A stretch of 64,000 nucleotides of DNA from Bacteroidales bacterium (GTDB taxonomy: Bacteria; Bacteroidota; Bacteroidia; Bacteroidales; JAGONC01), in NCBI GenBank assembly GCA_035342335.1, contig DAOQWY010000008.1:21722-85721 (forward strand), given 5' to 3'. Each line of letters opens with the position of its first letter. The stretch's first letter is position 1. Positions 39,957 to 50,285 of the stretch are shown here, piece after piece. The position numbers and the translations under genes were made by a program. A model generated the notes under the pieces. The model searched no databases, was not told the origin of the DNA, and saw nothing but the letters and a program-made list of their open reading frames with translations.

Positions 39957-40889
39957 TCAGATAGCCGCTTGCAGATTTTTCAGCATCCGCACCACCCACG
40001 GCAACTTGTTTTTTCGGATAAAAGGATAAAAAACCTCTTTCGAACCAAAGCTTTTATAAAACCTGGCCAGGTCGGGATCGTTTGATCCCTCAAAATCGAG
40101 TGTAAGGTAAGATTGAGCGTGCTGTTGAATGAATGCATCAATCAAAAAGGGCATCGCCCCGTGTTCTCTTCCATAGGGAGCCAGTCCTGAAAACAGGAAA
40201 ATGACCCTTTTATGGCCAAACAAAAAAATGATCCCTGCACACAATTGGTTATCAGGGCTATATGCTCCCCATGTCTGTGCTTTTCCGTTGTGTATGCATG
40301 TATAGACCAGCCGGCGGAACCGCCGGTAATCCTTTTCCTTCAGTGTGCGCACCGTCCTGCCTCTGTTCCGGCGAAACAGGCTGATCACTTCCTCCGGACT
40401 GATGGTGCACTGATAAGTCAGTCCGTGGTTTTTGGCTTTTCTGACAGAGCGCTTTATATTTTCGGAATAGGAAGCCGCCAGCCGGTCATAGGATTCGTTC
40501 AACGATAATTCGTGGTTACGGTTCCTGCTCACGGAAAAATCCGGCAGAGTCAATTTATTAAAGGAATTCAGGCTGATCTCGATCAGTCGGAACCGGGAAG
40601 GAATTGCAGCCAGAAAGTGATTAACGGTGTTTTCGGTTATCGGACTTCTGGAAAAAATGCCGAGCTGTTGCGTAAAAAATGGCTGGTACAGATAAGATAT
40701 TCCTGCTTTTTTCTTCCAGGTAAGGGGGAAGACCCGCTCATAATCATCCTCAACCAGCGCATCCCATTCCTCCGATACCAGGTCCAGGTACCAGGAATAT
40801 CCATAGATCAGACCGTTGAAGGACTCCTGGATACACCGATCCCATTTTGTTTTATCAATATCGCTATGATGGAGATAATGGATCATCAA
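39957..40889 (-). CDS. GNAT-family (FemAB-like) acyltransferase
   Basis: IDKTKWD, YLYQPFFTQQLG, LDFEGS...LARFYKSFG. Confidence 0.8.
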   Translation of the reverse strand: MMIHYLHHSDIDKTKWDRCIQESFNGLIYGYSWYLDLVSEEWDALVEDDYERVFPLTWKKKAGISYLYQPFFTQQLGIFSRSPITENTVNHFLAAIPSRFRLIEISLNSFNKLTLPDFSVSRNRNHELSLNESYDRLAASYSENIKRSVRKAKNHGLTYQCTISPEEVISLFRRNRGRTVRTLKEKDYRRFRRLVYTCIHNGKAQTWGAYSPDNQLCAGIIFLFGHKRVIFLFSGLAPYGREHGAMPFLIDAFIQQHAQSYLTLDFEGSNDPDLARFYKSFGSKEVFYPFIRKNKLPWVVRMLKNLQAAI

Positions 40890-41001
40890 GTGGACTGACC
40901 TGGTTGGTACCCGCTAAGGTATGGAACTTTATGTTTTGTTTGAAAAAAGTACGGTTACCAGGGTAACATTTTCGGGGGTTATCGTATTAACAATAAAAAC
41001 C

Positions 41002-41376
41002 ATGAAAGGAAACCAGTTGCTGGTCAGGAAAAGTTATCTTTTCAGCCTGCTGATCATTGAACTTTACAAGATCCTGCATTACAAGCATCGGGAAGATGTC
41101 ATGTCGAAGCACATTCTGATCAAGGGGACATCGATCGGTTCCTGTCTGGAAGTGGGACAGGATGCCACATCGGATGAGGAGCAGTATGTGCAGCTGACCA
41201 TTGCCTATGAGTATGCCCGGGAGACGCACTATCACATCCGGCTGATCCGTGACAGTCACCTGGTAGATGAGGAGGTGAGTGTGGTGATGCTGGTCGAATG
41301 TGAGGAACTGATGATGATGATCAAAAAACTGCTCCAAAAGATGGAGCGCACGATGCCTTCCTGTCAGTGGAATTAA
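41002..41376 (+). CDS. Divergent four-helix-bundle protein (23S rRNA IVP / TIGR02436-like)
   Basis: KSYLFSLLIIELYKIL...SKHILIKGTSIGS...LTIAYEYARETHYHIRLIRDS...ECEEL follows the family pattern KS..F...I..LY...SKQ..RSGTSIGAN...IA.KEARET.YW..LL. A-rich initiation region before ATG 41002. Confidence 0.75.
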   Translation: MKGNQLLVRKSYLFSLLIIELYKILHYKHREDVMSKHILIKGTSIGSCLEVGQDATSDEEQYVQLTIAYEYARETHYHIRLIRDSHLVDEEVSVVMLVECEELMMMIKKLLQKMERTMPSCQWN

Positions 41377-41388
41377 ACCACCTGCAAA

Positions 41389-42699
41389 TCAACTATCCAG
41401 TGCATGAAGGATCATTTTTTCATACACTGTTCGCCACCCTTTCCATCTTTTCTGATCACCCAGTGTCTCATTGTGCCATATGCTGATGAAAATCCCGTTG
41501 ACCGCTTTGATCTCGCCGATGAGGACATTGATGACTTCCGATGCCTGTTCAGGGGAGAGGTTCTTATAGTCCCTGAGGGTTCCATCCATTACCGTGAATG
41601 GATAAATTCGCAGGGAGGTCGATTTGTCGTCATAAAGATCATAAAACAGGTAAGGAGTGCAAATGCTTGCCCTGAAGCCTGGTTCCTGGGCATACCCCAT
41701 GGTGAAATCGCATTCAATGCCTGAACTGATCAGATTCCTGAAGGTGTAAGGCATGGTGATCCGGAGGAAGTGCTCACGGCTGATGGTCACCTTGCGGTTG
41801 ATGATGGAAGCCAGCCGCAATATTTCCGACTTCAGTCGTGCAGGGTGATCATGTGAAGCATAGGAAGGATGGATGCCGATCGTATGCTCCGCGGCCAGCC
41901 GGGCCACCAGTTCCCTGAAATGCTTGTTGCGGGGGGAAAGGTTTTTGTCGTAGGGTCCATAATCTCCCAGAAGGATAAAGAAGTAGGGTGAAAGATCAAA
42001 TTTTTTATGAAGGATTGACAGGTAGCCGTATGTGTCAAAAGGGTCGCTCAACCCTCCTTGAATCACGTGGCAGCGTTCTTTCATTTCGCTGAGATCACCC
42101 CTTGAAAGCGACCGAAGGAAACCTCCGGCTGTCCTCCAGAAGCCTTTGTGACGATATGCATATGCAGAGTCAATGTCAATGGTCGGAAGGAACCTGAACG
42201 ATCTGGCGCTGAATACAAGGTTGGGGAAATGAATCAGGAGGATATCCTTCAGCTTCAGCGCCCAGATGTTCACGACGGGCTTATCAAGGAAATTTTCCTT
42301 AAAGGCAATGCTGTGAAGGGGATTGAACCTTCCGTGCTGATCTTTGTAAACCGTTTCATATTCTTCATAACGGGTGACCAGGTAAAAACTGGCGGCAAAC
42401 AGGTCAAAAGGAAAGGCCGAATTTTGATCCTGAATGGGGAAAAGCACCTTTGATCCGCTGATTTCAACACATTCCGGAACCGGGCTGTCCGTACCTTTTT
42501 CAAACAGAAGCGGCACCGCCCTGATAAAAAGTTCGTCTTCCAGTGGCTGGATGCCATAGGAAAATTTGGGGCCCGACCAGGTGAGAAAATGCCCGGAATC
42601 TGACGTCAGCAAATATTCCGTGCCGAAAAGATCATGAAAGAAAAGATGGAATATGTACCTGACGCGGTTGGTTTGTTGTTCCGTATGGATGAGGATCAT
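41389..42699 (-). CDS. Polysaccharide deacetylase family protein
   Basis: FDLFAASFYLVTRYEEY, PTIDID, IGIHPSY, REHFLR, GFRASICTP, ISIWHNE. Confidence 0.82.
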   Translation of the reverse strand: MILIHTEQQTNRVRYIFHLFFHDLFGTEYLLTSDSGHFLTWSGPKFSYGIQPLEDELFIRAVPLLFEKGTDSPVPECVEISGSKVLFPIQDQNSAFPFDLFAASFYLVTRYEEYETVYKDQHGRFNPLHSIAFKENFLDKPVVNIWALKLKDILLIHFPNLVFSARSFRFLPTIDIDSAYAYRHKGFWRTAGGFLRSLSRGDLSEMKERCHVIQGGLSDPFDTYGYLSILHKKFDLSPYFFILLGDYGPYDKNLSPRNKHFRELVARLAAEHTIGIHPSYASHDHPARLKSEILRLASIINRKVTISREHFLRITMPYTFRNLISSGIECDFTMGYAQEPGFRASICTPYLFYDLYDDKSTSLRIYPFTVMDGTLRDYKNLSPEQASEVINVLIGEIKAVNGIFISIWHNETLGDQKRWKGWRTVYEKMILHALDS

Positions 42700-42800
42700 C
42701 AGCAGGTGGCGGTTATCGTGAATGTGTTGAAAAATTAACGGGGCAAGGTAAGCAAAATTGAGTATTTTTGGAAGCAATTCGTTCCCCAAAAAAACACCTG

Positions 42801-44510
42801 ATGGAGAATTTTATTGTTTCGGCGCGCAAATACAGACCTCAGACCTTTGACACGGTGATAGGGCAACAGGCCATCACCACCACGCTTAAGAATGCCATCC
42901 GCAACCATCAGCTTGCCCAGGCTTTTTTGTTCTGCGGACCGCGAGGTGTGGGAAAGACCACCTGTGCCCGGATACTTGCCAAGACCATCAATTGTGAACA
43001 TCTTTCTGCCGATATTGTACCCTGTGATGCCTGTGAATCCTGCCTTTCGTTCAATGCCTCTGCCTCTTTCAACATTCACGAGCTGGACGCTGCCTCAAAC
43101 AATTCGGTGGATGACATCCGCAACCTGGTTGACCAGGTGAGGATACCGCCTCAGGTGGGCAGGTATAAGGTCTATATCATTGATGAGGTGCACATGCTGT
43201 CTCAGCAGGCTTTTAATGCCTTTCTCAAGACACTGGAGGAACCGCCGGCCTATGCCAAGTTCATACTGGCCACCACGGAAAAACACAAGATCATCCCCAC
43301 CATTCTTTCCAGGTGCCAGATCTATGATTTTAAACGGATCTCGGTGGAGGATATCACACAGCAACTGATAACGGTAGCTCAGAGCGAACAGGTTGCTTTT
43401 GATCCGGATGCCTTGCGGATCATTGCCCAAAAAGCTGACGGTGCCATGCGCGATGCGCTTTCCATGTTTGACCAGATCGTGAGTTTTTCAGGAAGCCAAC
43501 TGACCTATGAAACGGTGATCAGCAACCTCAATGTGCTCGACTATGACTATTATTTTAAAATGACCGATAGCATCCTGCAAGCCGATATTTCTTCTTCACT
43601 CTTGATCCTCAATGAAATACTGGATAATGGATTCGATGGGCAGCATTTCCTGATCGGCATGGGAGAGCATCTGAGAAATTTACTGGTCTGTAAAGATCCC
43701 TCTACGGCAAAGTTACTGGAGACAGGTGAAGGACTTCGTGAGCGATATGTCGGCCAAAGCAGGAAATGCCTGGTCGATCTGTTGCTTAATGCATTGGATA
43801 TCAATAATAAATGTGATCTGAACTATAAGGTCAGCAATAACAAGCGTCTTCACCTTGAAATTGCCCTGATGCAGATGTGCTCTCTTTCGGGAAAAGACGA
43901 CCGGTACAAAATGCAAGCAGAAAAGACAGTTCAACCTGCTGAACAGAAGCCGGAACCGGTTAACGCCCCGGTAGTCCCAAAGGAATTTAAAGTTCCGGTT
44001 GAATCCCCTCCGCAGCAGTCACCCGCACGTGGAAGTTCCGTAAAAACAGGCTGTGGCGTGTCCATCAAGGAGAAAATTGCTATCTCAAAAGAAGGTGACA
44101 CAGCTAACGGGAATAATCCGGAATACCCGACGGTCAGGTTTGAAGATTCGTTTGATCAGATACAGCTGGAGGAAGCCTGGTCGGTCTATGCATCCACGAT
44201 CGCCGATACATTCCCTAATCTGCACAGTACCCTGACCAAACGCAAACCAGTACTTCAGGATGATTTTGCCATTGAGCTGACGATCGACAACAAGGTACAG
44301 GAAGATGAACTGAATGATAAGAAGCAGGATATGCTTGGCTTTCTCCGTGCACGGCTGAAGAACGACCGTATCCTGTTATCCACTAGGATCTATGCCAATG
44401 CACAGGATCAACGGCCCTACACTCCCCTTGAAAAATATAAGAGGATGGCAGAAAAAAATCCTGATCTTATCCATTTCAAAGATCAGCTGGGGTTGGAGAT
44501 CGACTTTTAA
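42801..44510 (+). CDS. dnaX: DNA polymerase III subunit gamma/tau
   Basis: ARKYRPQTF, GPRGVGKTT, ELDAASN, IIDEVHML, LKTLEEPP, SRCQ. Confidence 0.97.
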   Translation: MENFIVSARKYRPQTFDTVIGQQAITTTLKNAIRNHQLAQAFLFCGPRGVGKTTCARILAKTINCEHLSADIVPCDACESCLSFNASASFNIHELDAASNNSVDDIRNLVDQVRIPPQVGRYKVYIIDEVHMLSQQAFNAFLKTLEEPPAYAKFILATTEKHKIIPTILSRCQIYDFKRISVEDITQQLITVAQSEQVAFDPDALRIIAQKADGAMRDALSMFDQIVSFSGSQLTYETVISNLNVLDYDYYFKMTDSILQADISSSLLILNEILDNGFDGQHFLIGMGEHLRNLLVCKDPSTAKLLETGEGLRERYVGQSRKCLVDLLLNALDINNKCDLNYKVSNNKRLHLEIALMQMCSLSGKDDRYKMQAEKTVQPAEQKPEPVNAPVVPKEFKVPVESPPQQSPARGSSVKTGCGVSIKEKIAISKEGDTANGNNPEYPTVRFEDSFDQIQLEEAWSVYASTIADTFPNLHSTLTKRKPVLQDDFAIELTIDNKVQEDELNDKKQDMLGFLRARLKNDRILLSTRIYANAQDQRPYTPLEKYKRMAEKNPDLIHFKDQLGLEIDF

Positions 44511-44539
44511 TATGCGGAACAACCGTCAAATCAGCTGAA

Positions 44540-45490
44540 ATGCAGAAGATCTACACAACAGGGGAATGCATTCTTGATATCGCTTTCCGTGACGGAGCTC
44601 CTTTCTTCATTGGTCCGGGCGGTTCAAAGTTAAATACAGCCGTGTCTCTTGGCAGGGCAGGTATGCCGGTTTCGATGATATCCGACTGCAGTGACGATCC
44701 GGTTGGCACCTTCATAATGTCCTTCCTTCATCAGAATGGCGTTTCGACCGAATTTATCGCCCGTTACAGGGGTCAGGTTCGGGTGGCCTTCGCTTTCCTC
44801 GACGACAGGAATGATGCAGATTATACCTTCTACCCCGGCTCCCGGCTTGCGGACCGGCAGGAGGAGAAAGAGCCTGTTTTTGCTCCGGGCGATATCTTTG
44901 TCTATGGCTCCTTTTATGCCTTGAAGGAGGCCAATAGACTCAGAATTAACCGGTTACTTGATCTGGTATCGCTTTGTGATTGTATCCGGATCTATGATCC
45001 CAATTACCGGAAGCCTCACCTGAAGGAACTGGACGTCGTTGGGCCCTATATCCACGATTGTATCCGTCAGGCGGATATTGTCAGAGGATCCGATGAGGAT
45101 TTTGGTAATATTTTCAATACGACCGATCCGGACCGTATCTTCGATGCAATCAGGACATCTGGCGGACGAACGCTGATCCTGACCCAGGGTGGGAGGGATG
45201 TGTTGCTTTTTTCAGAAAGGATAAGGAAGTCGTATCCCGTTCCCGGGATCCAGACGGTCAGCACCATCGGGGCAGGCGATGGCTTCAATGCGGGATTGAT
45301 CTATGAGCTGGTCCGTTGCAGGATATCCCGTCATGATCTGCCGGCCCTGGAGGAAAGCGTGTGGGATAAACTTGTTCGTACGGCCATTTCGTTTGCATCG
45401 CACGTATGCTGTGAAAAGAACAATTACATATCCGTTGCATTTGCCTCGAAGCTCAGGTCAGCAGGGAAGGGCAATCATTTAACCATTTGA
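44540..45490 (+). CDS. PfkB-family carbohydrate kinase
   Basis: PGGSKLN, YDPNYR, STIGAGDGFNAG. Confidence 0.88.
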   Translation: MQKIYTTGECILDIAFRDGAPFFIGPGGSKLNTAVSLGRAGMPVSMISDCSDDPVGTFIMSFLHQNGVSTEFIARYRGQVRVAFAFLDDRNDADYTFYPGSRLADRQEEKEPVFAPGDIFVYGSFYALKEANRLRINRLLDLVSLCDCIRIYDPNYRKPHLKELDVVGPYIHDCIRQADIVRGSDEDFGNIFNTTDPDRIFDAIRTSGGRTLILTQGGRDVLLFSERIRKSYPVPGIQTVSTIGAGDGFNAGLIYELVRCRISRHDLPALEESVWDKLVRTAISFASHVCCEKNNYISVAFASKLRSAGKGNHLTI

Positions 45491-45517
45491 CCATTTATCA
45501 ACAGATCTCTTGGAACT

Positions 45518-46066
45518 ATGATGAAATTTCTGGCAAAACTGATCCTGTCGCTTTTCGGCTGGAAAGTGTTGGGAGGACTGCCCGCCGGCATCAGGAAATG
45601 TGTTGTGCTTGTCGCACCGCACACCAGCATGTGGGATTTCGTCGTGGGCCGCCTTGCCTTCACGGTCCTCCGTGTTCCGGTAAAATTCCTGATCAAGAAG
45701 GAAATATTCCGGAATGGACTGGGTCGGGTATTGAAAGCGATGGGAGGAATACCGGTCGACCGGTCAAAAAGTAACAACATGGTTGAACAGGTGGCGAATG
45801 TCTTTGATCAGTACGAATCGTTATTTATTGCCATTACCCCTGAGGGCACGCGCAAGCTGGTCACCAACTGGAAAAAAGGCTATTATTATATTGCCCTGAA
45901 GGCAAAGGTGCCCATTGTCCTTGGGTTCCTCGATTATAAAGAAAAAAGGTGCGGCCTGGGACAGGTCGTGATTCCATCGGGTGATTACGACAAGGATTTC
46001 CGGCAGATCGAAGCCTTTTACCGTGGCCGGCAAGGGAAACACCCTGAACGATTCAATCTGAGCTGA
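45518..46066 (+). CDS. 1-acyl-sn-glycerol-3-phosphate acyltransferase-like protein
   Basis: APHTSMWD (HX4D), GGIPVDR, TPEGTR. Confidence 0.9.
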   Translation: MMKFLAKLILSLFGWKVLGGLPAGIRKCVVLVAPHTSMWDFVVGRLAFTVLRVPVKFLIKKEIFRNGLGRVLKAMGGIPVDRSKSNNMVEQVANVFDQYESLFIAITPEGTRKLVTNWKKGYYYIALKAKVPIVLGFLDYKEKRCGLGQVVIPSGDYDKDFRQIEAFYRGRQGKHPERFNLS

Positions 46067-46098
46067 GGAAGGATCGGCACTTTGGACGGTACAGGAGT

Positions 46099-47646
46099 TT
46101 ATTCGCTGTCGCCCAGGTAGTGGACAACCAGACGGTTGGAAACGCCGGGCCGCCCGATGGGTTCACCGAGCACAAATACGACAGCGTCCCCGGCCTTTGC
46201 CCATCTGCGCTGAATGAGCATTTGATCCACCTGCCGGATGAACTGACTTCCGCTTTTGGGAAGTTCCATATAGATGGGCATCAACCCGTACAGCAATGCC
46301 ATTTTCCTCAGGTCTTCCCTGTGGTTGCTGAATCCGAGGATGGGCAGCGGGATATGATACTGCGAGAGGTAAACCACATTTTCTGCACGATGGGTCCATG
46401 TAATAATCATTTTTATGTCCATGTCCTCTACGATGGTCTTTACTCCGTGGGCAATGGCGGCACTTTCCTTCCTTCCCTGCCGGAAATGGTGAGGCAGGGC
46501 AAGCGGGGCTGCGTGGTAACGCAGGTAATGGTTTGTTTTCTCGGTGACCCGGTTCATCATCCTGACAGCTTCCAGCGGATAATGTCCAACAGCCGTTTCC
46601 CCGGAAAGCATCACTGCATCCGCACCATCAAAGATGGCGTTGGCCACGTCGGAAACTTCAGCACGCGTGGGAGAAGGTGACTCGATCATGCTTTGCAGCA
46701 TCTGCGTTGCCACGATCACCGGTATCCCGTATTCGTGGCAGAGGTGAATGATCCTTTTCTGATGGACCGCCACTTCTGCCAGTTCCACCTCCACACCCAG
46801 ATCGCCGCGCGCCACCATCACCAGATCGGTCTCACGCATGATCTCTTCCAGGTTGACCAGCGCCTGGGGCTTCTCGATCTTACTGATCACCGGAATGAAC
46901 TGTGTGTCGCGCAAAGGATCTGTTTTGTGAGATCCCTGAGGCGTCCTTTCGGTCCCGGGTCTTTCAGATCTGGCGTTCAGCTCTCTCAGACGTTCTTTCA
47001 GGATATGGATGTCCTTTGCAGTCCTGACGAAACTTAAGGCGAGAAAATCGATCCTGTGCTCAACGGCAAAATCAATGAACCGGTGATCCTTTTCGGTGAG
47101 GGCCTCAACCGACAGGTCAGTATCGGGCAAATTGACTCCTTTCCGGGAAGTGATCAGCCCGGTATTCAATACGTTGCAAATGAGCCTCGGGGTTTCGCCG
47201 GGTCCTTCTTTTTTCTGTTTGCATACCAGTGCGATGGCGCCATCATCCAGCAGGATGCGGTGCCCCGGCTGCACTTCCCGTATGAATCCAGGGTAGTTCG
47301 TGGTCAGGATGACACGCGCTGCCTCTTCGTGGCAGATGGCCAGTTCATCTTCACTCACAAATTCAACGATCTTTGCCGCAGTCAACAAAATACCTCCCTC
47401 GGGAACTTCCCCGATACGGATCTTCGGACCGGACAGGTCTCCGATGATGGCTACGGGCATGTCAAGTTCAGAGCTGATCTGCCTGACTTTTTCAACCAAC
47501 GTGGCGTGGGTCTCCAATGATCCGTGGGAAAAATTCAACCGGAATGCATCCACACCCTCTGCCATCAGTTTTCGGATCATGGAAGGCGATTCGCTTGCCG
47601 GTCCCAGGGTTGCAATCACTTTTGTCAGGAGAAATTTCTGGCTCAT
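46099..47646 (-). CDS. pyk: Pyruvate kinase
   Basis: TKVIATLGPAS, RLNFSHG, SKIEKP, MVARGDLG, ATQMLQSM, MLSGETAVG. Confidence 0.97.
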   Translation of the reverse strand: MSQKFLLTKVIATLGPASESPSMIRKLMAEGVDAFRLNFSHGSLETHATLVEKVRQISSELDMPVAIIGDLSGPKIRIGEVPEGGILLTAAKIVEFVSEDELAICHEEAARVILTTNYPGFIREVQPGHRILLDDGAIALVCKQKKEGPGETPRLICNVLNTGLITSRKGVNLPDTDLSVEALTEKDHRFIDFAVEHRIDFLALSFVRTAKDIHILKERLRELNARSERPGTERTPQGSHKTDPLRDTQFIPVISKIEKPQALVNLEEIMRETDLVMVARGDLGVEVELAEVAVHQKRIIHLCHEYGIPVIVATQMLQSMIESPSPTRAEVSDVANAIFDGADAVMLSGETAVGHYPLEAVRMMNRVTEKTNHYLRYHAAPLALPHHFRQGRKESAAIAHGVKTIVEDMDIKMIITWTHRAENVVYLSQYHIPLPILGFSNHREDLRKMALLYGLMPIYMELPKSGSQFIRQVDQMLIQRRWAKAGDAVVFVLGEPIGRPGVSNRLVVHYLGDSE

Positions 47647-47657
47647 CGTGTATCAGT

Positions 47658-50285
47658 CTAATAAAAAACAACTTCAACATCAGGTCGCAGACCTCTGAAT
47701 TTGGCTACCTTCTTCTCATTCAGTTTCGAATTGTAACATCGGATGATCTTCAGATTGGTAAGTTCGACCAATTCATTCAAACTTCCTACCGATGTATTGT
47801 AAAAATCGAACTCGGTAAGATTTGCAAGGGTTGAAATCCATTTCAGGTTTTTGACCGGCGTTCCCGAGATGTTCAGGTATTCCAGCCCGGTGAGCAGTGC
47901 GGCCAGTGTGTAATCCGAAACCTGCGTGTCCGAAAGGTCAAGGTGCTTCAGGGATGTCAGCGATGCAATGTGCGCTAGTTCACTGAAAGGACTTTTCCTG
48001 CAGATCAGTTTTTCGAGGCGGCTGGCATCCTTGATGGGCATCAGGTCCGTGATCCGGGTCTCGCTGATGATCAGGCTTTTCATTCGTTTTAACATTCCAA
48101 GCGGTTCAATGTCCTGAATTTTCATCGTATTCTCAAGGATCAGCTCTTCCAGGTTCATTACCCTGTGCAGTTCTTCCTTCCCCGGAGGATCGTCCAGATC
48201 AAGTGCATCCAGGAATATGCTTTTCCACTCGTCAGTCAATCCATCCCACCACTTCTGCAACCGTGGTGTCATATAGATCACCTCGCAAATGGGTTTGCTG
48301 TCCATAAATGAAAAAATTTCATCCTGGCCCAGTTCAGTCTGATCTGCCCGTACCATGCTCAGTTTTTCAAGACCGGTCAGGGACTGAAGGGATGTGACGC
48401 GGGTGTTTTCGATGTTCAGTTCAAGGAGGTTATGAGCCTGTGCAAGCGGCTCCAGATCGGTGACCTGTGTATCGGAAAGGTCCAGCCGTTCGATCATCCG
48501 CAGGTTTCGCAGCGGTTCGATGGTGGCCACCTCCGTTCCAGCCAGACACAATGCCCTCAGGTGAATGCTTCTTTGCAACGAATCCAGGGAACGGACAGGC
48601 GTACCGGAAATGTCCAGATCGTCGAGATTGATCAGGACGGAAAGAGGATCCAGCGTGGTGATCAGACTGTCACCTTTTAGTTGCAGTTGCCGGATCAACG
48701 TGATCTGGTGCAGATCCTCCTTCTCGGGTTCTGCTTCCAGGCCAATCTGCTCCGCAAAGAGTTCCTTCCACCGCTCATTAAGGGAATTCCACCATCGGGT
48801 CAGTTCGCCTGTTTCATAGATAACCAGGGTAGCGGGTTTACTGATCATGAAAATGTTTGCTATTTCGCCGGTCACCTTGCTGTGATCACAGTAAATGCGT
48901 TTCAGCTCAGGCAACGGGAGAAGGGGATCCAGGTTGTCGACAGGGGTGTAGTCCATGTACATATACTGCAGCGCGATGAGCCCTCTCACCGGCTCAAGGT
49001 CCCCGATCATCGTATTGCCAATGTTGAGATAACTGAGCTCTGTCAGGTTCCGTACAGGCTCCAGGGATGTCACACGGGTATTGTAGGACAGATCCAGCCG
49101 GGTCAAATGGGTGAGAGTCTGAATAGGTTCCAAGTGGGCGATGTCTGTGTTATGGCAAAGGAGACTTGTAAGTTCCCTTAAATCCGCAAGGGGTTCGAGA
49201 CTTCGTACCAGTGTCTTGCTGCAATTGAATACCTTGAGCTTCTTAAAGCCTGCGATGGTATTTAACGTATCAATCTGCGTATCCTCTATGTTTAAATCGC
49301 TCATATTCAGTGAGTAACGTAGTGGTTCCAGGGAGCTTACGGGTGTTGCTGCGCAATTCAGATGCTCCAGTTTTGACAGGCTGCGCAGGGGAGTGAGGTC
49401 CTCAATGGCAGTCTGCGAAAGGGAGAGTGACTTCAGCCGGGTCAGTTTTTTGAGCGGTTCGAGGTTGTTAATCAATGGATTACCGTCGAGGCTGATCTTT
49501 TCAAGTGACCAGATTTGCCTGATGCTTTCATAGATGGGACCGGTGTTGATGAAGAGCGTATCCAGAAGGGGATCCAATGGGTCCGGTTGTAAAACGACGG
49601 CCGAATCATCAAAGGCGATGACGTGGTGCAATGGAGTGGATAGGGGTTGACTGATCTCTTTGGAAAAGACTTCTTTCCATTCGACGGGAAGCCGCGACCA
49701 CCAGTTGGCCATGTCTTCATTTTCACTCAGCTTTGTTGTATAGATGCTGGCAATCTTGAGATCTTTCCGGTCCTGATCCAGGTTGATTTCCATGAAGCGG
49801 ACCTGCGTGGTGTTGACGGTGCTGTCATCAATGGTTTCGGCGTGTAAATTCCGGTTGAGGGAAACCCTGAAATAGATCTGGCCTTCTTCGTTCACTTCAG
49901 GTGAGATCTCTTCGATGGTGAATGTAAAAACGACCTGTTTGAAAAAGAAATTGATGTCTTTCAGGTAAGCCTGAACATTTTTATTGGTCACTACCTGCCG
50001 GTTTTCATCCAGATCATCTTCGATCTGGACTTTTTCATCGCGAAAGAATTTCAGGTAGCTTTCATTGATGATAATGTCTTTTTCCCGGATGGTGACCGTA
50101 GGATCACCCAATGTATTGAAGGCCGATTCGACAAAATGAACCATCTGCCTTACCTGCACTAGGTAAGATTCCATTTCCTGGCCGGTTTCTTTTACGTGGG
50201 TGTTTACCTGTGCTGAGGCAGGGAAAATAAAAAGGATGCAAATCAGGATCAATCCACAGAGCGCAGAAAGTAGCTTTTTACTCAT
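47658..50285 (-). CDS. Exported leucine-rich-repeat protein with an N-terminal non-LRR domain and three WW-capped LRR modules
   Basis: Signal peptide; internalin-like LxxLxLxxTxIxDLxPL repeats; three WWxxLxxxWKxxF caps. Confidence 0.88.
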   Translation of the reverse strand: MSKKLLSALCGLILICILFIFPASAQVNTHVKETGQEMESYLVQVRQMVHFVESAFNTLGDPTVTIREKDIIINESYLKFFRDEKVQIEDDLDENRQVVTNKNVQAYLKDINFFFKQVVFTFTIEEISPEVNEEGQIYFRVSLNRNLHAETIDDSTVNTTQVRFMEINLDQDRKDLKIASIYTTKLSENEDMANWWSRLPVEWKEVFSKEISQPLSTPLHHVIAFDDSAVVLQPDPLDPLLDTLFINTGPIYESIRQIWSLEKISLDGNPLINNLEPLKKLTRLKSLSLSQTAIEDLTPLRSLSKLEHLNCAATPVSSLEPLRYSLNMSDLNIEDTQIDTLNTIAGFKKLKVFNCSKTLVRSLEPLADLRELTSLLCHNTDIAHLEPIQTLTHLTRLDLSYNTRVTSLEPVRNLTELSYLNIGNTMIGDLEPVRGLIALQYMYMDYTPVDNLDPLLPLPELKRIYCDHSKVTGEIANIFMISKPATLVIYETGELTRWWNSLNERWKELFAEQIGLEAEPEKEDLHQITLIRQLQLKGDSLITTLDPLSVLINLDDLDISGTPVRSLDSLQRSIHLRALCLAGTEVATIEPLRNLRMIERLDLSDTQVTDLEPLAQAHNLLELNIENTRVTSLQSLTGLEKLSMVRADQTELGQDEIFSFMDSKPICEVIYMTPRLQKWWDGLTDEWKSIFLDALDLDDPPGKEELHRVMNLEELILENTMKIQDIEPLGMLKRMKSLIISETRITDLMPIKDASRLEKLICRKSPFSELAHIASLTSLKHLDLSDTQVSDYTLAALLTGLEYLNISGTPVKNLKWISTLANLTEFDFYNTSVGSLNELVELTNLKIIRCYNSKLNEKKVAKFRGLRPDVEVVFY

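Noticed and set aside
41002..41376. Four-helix-bundle gene as the Avd of a diversity-generating retroelement
   Set aside because: No reverse transcriptase or TR/VR repeat pair was seen in the window.
42801..44510. Programmed -1 frameshift in dnaX producing a gamma subunit
   Set aside because: I found no A-AAA-AAG slippery site with a downstream hairpin, or long A run, at the expected position.
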